A stretch of 64,000 nt of DNA from Clostridia bacterium. GTDB lineage: Bacteria; Bacillota; Clostridia; Christensenellales; UBA1242. The position numbers and the translations under genes were made by a program. Below are positions 60,236 through 64,000 of this stretch, piece by piece; position 1 is the first letter of the stretch; every line of letters starts with the position of its first letter. Under the pieces are notes generated by a model. That model was given only the letters and a program-made list of their open reading frames with translations, searched no databases and was not told the origin of the DNA. Location of the stretch: the NCBI GenBank assembly GCA_900753315.1, contig CAADYP010000018.1, positions 43,497 through 107,496 of the forward strand. The letters run 5' to 3'.

Positions 60236-63200
60236 ATGAGAGAGCGTGTTTGCAAAAATTGTGGAGGAAGATCATATAAAGTTGTTGGGCAAAACATGGT
60301 TAGATGCCAGTTCTGCGGGACTCTTTATGTGGACGAACAGGCTTCAAAGGAAGAAGAAGTGCTCTTGGTTGGTGCAAATGAAATATTGAGAGAACTCAAA
60401 TTTGCTGAAGCTGTTGAAGAGTTTGACAAAATCCTCTCTTTGTATCCAAAATCATTTGAAGCTTTTTGGGGAAAGGCTCTTGCAAAAAACAAAATAGTTT
60501 ATTATACAAACAAAAGGGGTTCGACAAAGAAACCTTACTTTTTTGGTGAGGAAATACCTTCAATTGTTGAAGACGAAGACTTTAAATCAGCAGTAAAAAA
60601 TGCTCCACCAGAAGTTGAAAAATCCTATAACGACAAAGCAAGAAGAATTGAAAAATTGCACAAACTTTATCTTGAAAATTCAGTAAACAAAAACTATGAT
60701 GTGTTTCTTTATGCCGTAAACTTTGACAAAAATGCCCCAGACAAAACACCAGAAATTCAAGAGACAGTGAGAGGACTTGAAGAAAAGGGCTTGAAAGTGT
60801 ATTTTTCTCAGAGTTTGTCGCAAAGAGAAAAAGAAGAGGATACATTTAGAGCACTTCAAACAAGCAAAGCATTTGTCCTTTTTGCAAACGGGAAAACTGG
60901 ATATTTTGATGGCGATTGCAAAAATTTGTATGATAGATATTTGTATTTTGCATCTCAAAAACAAAAAACAAAGTCAAGCATGATTGTTGCGCTTGACACA
61001 AACAAAGTTTCTGTTGATGATTTGCCAAAAGAATTGGTCGCTTGCAAAAGTGTTGTTGACATGAGCACAACCTCATTTTTGCAAGATATTGATTTGAAAG
61101 TTGAAAAAGAAATGCAAAATACAATCAATGAGATGGCAAAAATTGAAACCATCAAAATTGAAAAAGTCGAACCACAAAAGAAAGAATATGTTGATGTCGA
61201 AACAATCAATCCAAACGAACTTGGACACTATCATGTTGACAATATCGAATTGAGCGAAACAAACAAAATTAAATGGATTTTCTTAACTCTTAAGCATGGT
61301 GATTTTGTTTCTGCACAAGAAATGATTGCTGACGAACTTGAAAAAGACCCAAATAATGCAGAGTTGTTGTTTGCTAACCTTATGTCTTCAATGAAAATTA
61401 ATACACAAGAAGAATTTTTTTCTAATATCTCAAATTTCAAAGACAGAGAGAAAATTGACCAAATTTTAAAATTCGCCGCAAAAGATTTTGCAGAGTATTT
61501 TGTAGACAGCTGGGAAAAGCTTGTTGAAAGTTTGGATAGCGAAGAATATTATAATGCGTTTTTGCTTTATCTAGCAAAATTTAGTTCGCCAAATCGTGAG
61601 CATTTTGTTGAGAAGGCAGAAGACAAGGCGGTTGAAACTTTAAACTCCGAACTTATTGAAAAGGTTTTAAAATGTTTTAACAGCAACGAAGTAGAGAGAT
61701 TTGTTAATTTCTATTTTATGTTGGCACAAAAAAGTGACGACCAAGAATATTACAAAAAAATTCTTGATATTGATGCTGGGCATGAACAAAGCAATTTAGC
61801 AATTCTGCTTCAACATTTCAAGACAGATGAAGACAAATTGCATTATCGAAACAAAGAAGAGATAGAGGACGTTTTCAAATATTTGAGCGAAGATACGAGA
61901 GCACAATTTGTGTTTGCGGTTACAAACATGATTTTGCCGGTTGCATTTTTGGATTTGAAGCAGGCCGAAGAACAGTTGGATTTCTACCTGTCATACATCT
62001 CTGATGACAAAAAACTTGTTAGTATCTTGGAAAAGATTGCTCAAACTTTTCAGTCTTATGGTTTTTTCAAACAAGCAGAAAAATATATTTCAATAGCAAT
62101 TTCAAAAGATGCCGAAAATGGCAGTCTTTATTGGAATCTTATTCAAATCAAATTGCATTGCAAAACGGACAATGAACTCATTATGTCAAATGTAAAGATT
62201 ACACAATTTCCAGAGTGGGAAACATTGTTGTCACTTTCCGATGAAAAAGAAACAGAAAAATATGCCGAAATTGTCAGCAAAGTCAACCTTTATAAGGGTG
62301 AAAAATTGCCACTGAAAGAAGAAACTTTGGATAAGGTTTGTTTGAAAGAAAAGTTGCAAAACTTTATCAACAGAAACAACTCTATTTTGCTTGAAATGGA
62401 AAAACAAGAAGGGCAACTTGTTTATCGCGGTGCAGAGTATTATAAATTGCAACTCAAACCTTTTGAGATTTATCTTGAAAAGCTTGATAAAATTTCAACT
62501 TTTGAAGAATATCAAAATTTGTTTTCAAAATTGTGTCAGAGATTGGACGCAATGGATTTGACTTTGGATTCTTCAATCAATGTAACACATTTGATTGACA
62601 AAGAAGATGGGCTTAAAGTAGTATTCCCGCCAAAAACAGAGAAACAAGAAAAAGTTAAAGAGCCAAAAGACATTACAAAAGACAAATTCTTGAAGAGATT
62701 TTTGTTTATCTTTTTGGAATTGTTCCCTATTTGCTTTGCAATGCTTTTGCTTTTGGTTTCTGTTTTTGCACCAAAAGAAGTTTATATGTATTTCAGTCAA
62801 GACAGCATTGTGGGGTTGGTAATTTTCTCAACTGCTGTCGGGCTGATAAATCTTACAGTGTTTATTAACGCAAAACAAAAACATTCAAAAGGTTGGAATG
62901 TTTGCAAAATTGTTTTGTTTGTGGTGGCAGTAATAAATTTGGTTTTGCTCTTTGTAAGTTTTTATATTGAGCCAAATACAATAAAAATTAAAAACGAGCA
63001 CGAACTTTCAGTTTTGCTTAAAAATGCAAACTATTCAAACATGGTTTTGGATAGAGACATGGATATGACTGGAAAAACTTGGAGCTCCGCTAATTTCAGT
63101 GGAACACTTGATGGACAAGGTCACAAAATTTCAAACATAAAATTGAAAGCGAAAAAAGGCACTGCATTCTTTGGATATAATGGTGGAACGATAAAAAATA

Positions 63201-64000
63201 TTGAGTTTGATTTTGTGGATTCGACTTACAAAAACATTTCCACATTTGCGGGAATTGCTGTGGAGAACAAAGGCGAAATCAAAGACTGCATAATTTCAGG
63301 GACAGTAAAACTTGTCGTAAACAGCAATGCGGTAGTTGGTGGAGTTGTTGGATATGATGACGGTGGACAAATTGTTGGTTGTCAAATTCAACTCACTATT
63401 GAAGTTGAATCAACGGGCAAAGAGTTGACAGTTGGTGGAGTTGCTGGAAAGGTTAGACTTGGCAAAAAAGGTGCAGATTTGAGAAAGAATGTTGTTTCAA
63501 ATTCAATGATCATTTCAACAAATTCAGAACAATTTACATTTGGTGGACTTGCTGGAATTGTCGAACACATTGACGGAGATAAATATAACTTATCACAAAA
63601 CACAGTGGGGACAACCTTGACTGCAACTGGCACAATTTCTGATAAATATTGGGTAGGCGGACTCGTAGGAGTTGGCTACAATCCAAGCAAAAACAATCTT
63701 ACTTTAGGCAAACTTGACGCCTCTGCACTTTCTGGAAGTGGTTACATGGGTGGTCTTTATGGAAAATATCAAAACCCAACACTTGCCGAACCGATTGAGA
63801 CAAGTTATGCAAATATTGACTTGGTTGCTCAAACAGATGAATGTGATGTTGGAGGGTTTGTAGGACATTTTGGTGGAACAATAAATGCCTGCTTCACAAA
63901 TTATGCTGAAAAATCTTATGGTTATGGAGCAAAAATGTTTGACAGTGCAAGAGAAAATAATTGTGTGATTTCATCTTCAAAAACATACGATTCAAAACTT
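60236..64000 (+). CDS. Large multidomain membrane protein, 3'-truncated by the window edge (>1,255 aa): N-terminal zinc ribbon, TPR-like repeats, TIR-like domain, 3 TM helices, extracellular GLUG-motif repeat domain
   Basis: Absent from the ORF track because no stop occurs before the window end. The frame from the ATG at 60236 is open for exactly 1,255 codons. Zinc ribbon CKNCGG..x..CQFCG (60251-60316). TIR-like region ~60689-61090 (NYDVFLYAVNFD..GLKVYFSQ..SKAFVLFANG..SMIVALDTNKVSVDDLPKEL). TM helices ~62690-62970. GLUG-type repeats from ~63300 (VVGGVVGY, LTVGGVAGKV, FTFGGLAGIV, YWVGGLVGVG, GYMGGLYGK, DVGGFVGHFGG). Confidence 0.75.
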   Translation, partial: MRERVCKNCGGRSYKVVGQNMVRCQFCGTLYVDEQASKEEEVLLVGANEILRELKFAEAVEEFDKILSLYPKSFEAFWGKALAKNKIVYYTNKRGSTKKPYFFGEEIPSIVEDEDFKSAVKNAPPEVEKSYNDKARRIEKLHKLYLENSVNKNYDVFLYAVNFDKNAPDKTPEIQETVRGLEEKGLKVYFSQSLSQREKEEDTFRALQTSKAFVLFANGKTGYFDGDCKNLYDRYLYFASQKQKTKSSMIVALDTNKVSVDDLPKELVACKSVVDMSTTSFLQDIDLKVEKEMQNTINEMAKIETIKIEKVEPQKKEYVDVETINPNELGHYHVDNIELSETNKIKWIFLTLKHGDFVSAQEMIADELEKDPNNAELLFANLMSSMKINTQEEFFSNISNFKDREKIDQILKFAAKDFAEYFVDSWEKLVESLDSEEYYNAFLLYLAKFSSPNREHFVEKAEDKAVETLNSELIEKVLKCFNSNEVERFVNFYFMLAQKSDDQEYYKKILDIDAGHEQSNLAILLQHFKTDEDKLHYRNKEEIEDVFKYLSEDTRAQFVFAVTNMILPVAFLDLKQAEEQLDFYLSYISDDKKLVSILEKIAQTFQSYGFFKQAEKYISIAISKDAENGSLYWNLIQIKLHCKTDNELIMSNVKITQFPEWETLLSLSDEKETEKYAEIVSKVNLYKGEKLPLKEETLDKVCLKEKLQNFINRNNSILLEMEKQEGQLVYRGAEYYKLQLKPFEIYLEKLDKISTFEEYQNLFSKLCQRLDAMDLTLDSSINVTHLIDKEDGLKVVFPPKTEKQEKVKEPKDITKDKFLKRFLFIFLELFPICFAMLLLLVSVFAPKEVYMYFSQDSIVGLVIFSTAVGLINLTVFINAKQKHSKGWNVCKIVLFVVAVINLVLLFVSFYIEPNTIKIKNEHELSVLLKNANYSNMVLDRDMDMTGKTWSSANFSGTLDGQGHKISNIKLKAKKGTAFFGYNGGTIKNIEFDFVDSTYKNISTFAGIAVENKGEIKDCIISGTVKLVVNSNAVVGGVVGYDDGGQIVGCQIQLTIEVESTGKELTVGGVAGKVRLGKKGADLRKNVVSNSMIISTNSEQFTFGGLAGIVEHIDGDKYNLSQNTVGTTLTATGTISDKYWVGGLVGVGYNPSKNNLTLGKLDASALSGSGYMGGLYGKYQNPTLAEPIETSYANIDLVAQTDECDVGGFVGHFGGTINACFTNYAEKSYGYGAKMFDSARENNCVISSSKTYDSKL

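Noticed and set aside
60582-63881. Minus-strand ORFs of 60-94 aa in the last 3.5 kb
   Set aside because: They are antisense to the open-ended plus-strand ORF starting at 60236, which has recognisable domains and operon context.

Overview
This is a low-GC (roughly one-third G+C by eye), Bacillota-type chromosomal window that includes the replication-origin region. All calls come from reading the ORF translations and the DNA by eye; no searches were run.

Left to right, the window contains:
- a partial dapA-like gene
- an OYE-type flavin oxidoreductase
- an ADP-ribosylglycohydrolase
- a stand-alone Spo0A C-terminal-domain protein
- a two-subunit aconitase X (AcnX)
- folD
- a cell-wall amidase
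- the origin cluster: yidC-yidD-rnpA-rpmH, then dnaN, a DnaA-box cluster and dnaA all on the minus strand, with recF divergent
- a CvpA-like giant membrane protein
- rsmH, an FtsL-slot protein and PBP2B
- a Zn peptidase
- an unlisted DUF1540 mini-gene
- glyQS with a T-box leader
- an ABC-F ATPase
- a 3,977-aa surface protein followed by cardiolipin synthase
- an orphan VirD4-type coupling protein next to tRNA-Arg
- Nudix and transglutaminase-like genes
- eno
- lipoproteins
- mscL
- tRNA-Ala
- a Cys/Gly-rich YjcZ-like mini-protein
- an SDR

The standout is the right end (56.2 kb to the window edge), a tightly packed 7-gene plus-strand operon. It encodes an SPFH/double-zinc-ribbon protein, a single-pass membrane protein, a TPR-like protein, two ESCRT-III (Snf7/CHMP)-like proteins, and a MIT-AAA+ ATPase with Vps4-type hallmarks. 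The last gene is an open-ended ORF of more than 1,255 aa, missing from the ORF track, that combines a zinc ribbon, a TIR-like domain, TPR-like repeats, 3 TM helices and an extracellular GLUG-motif domain. I read this as a candidate bacterial ESCRT-III/Vps4-type membrane-remodelling or envelope-stress system.

No CRISPR array, rRNA, transposase or integrase was recognised.
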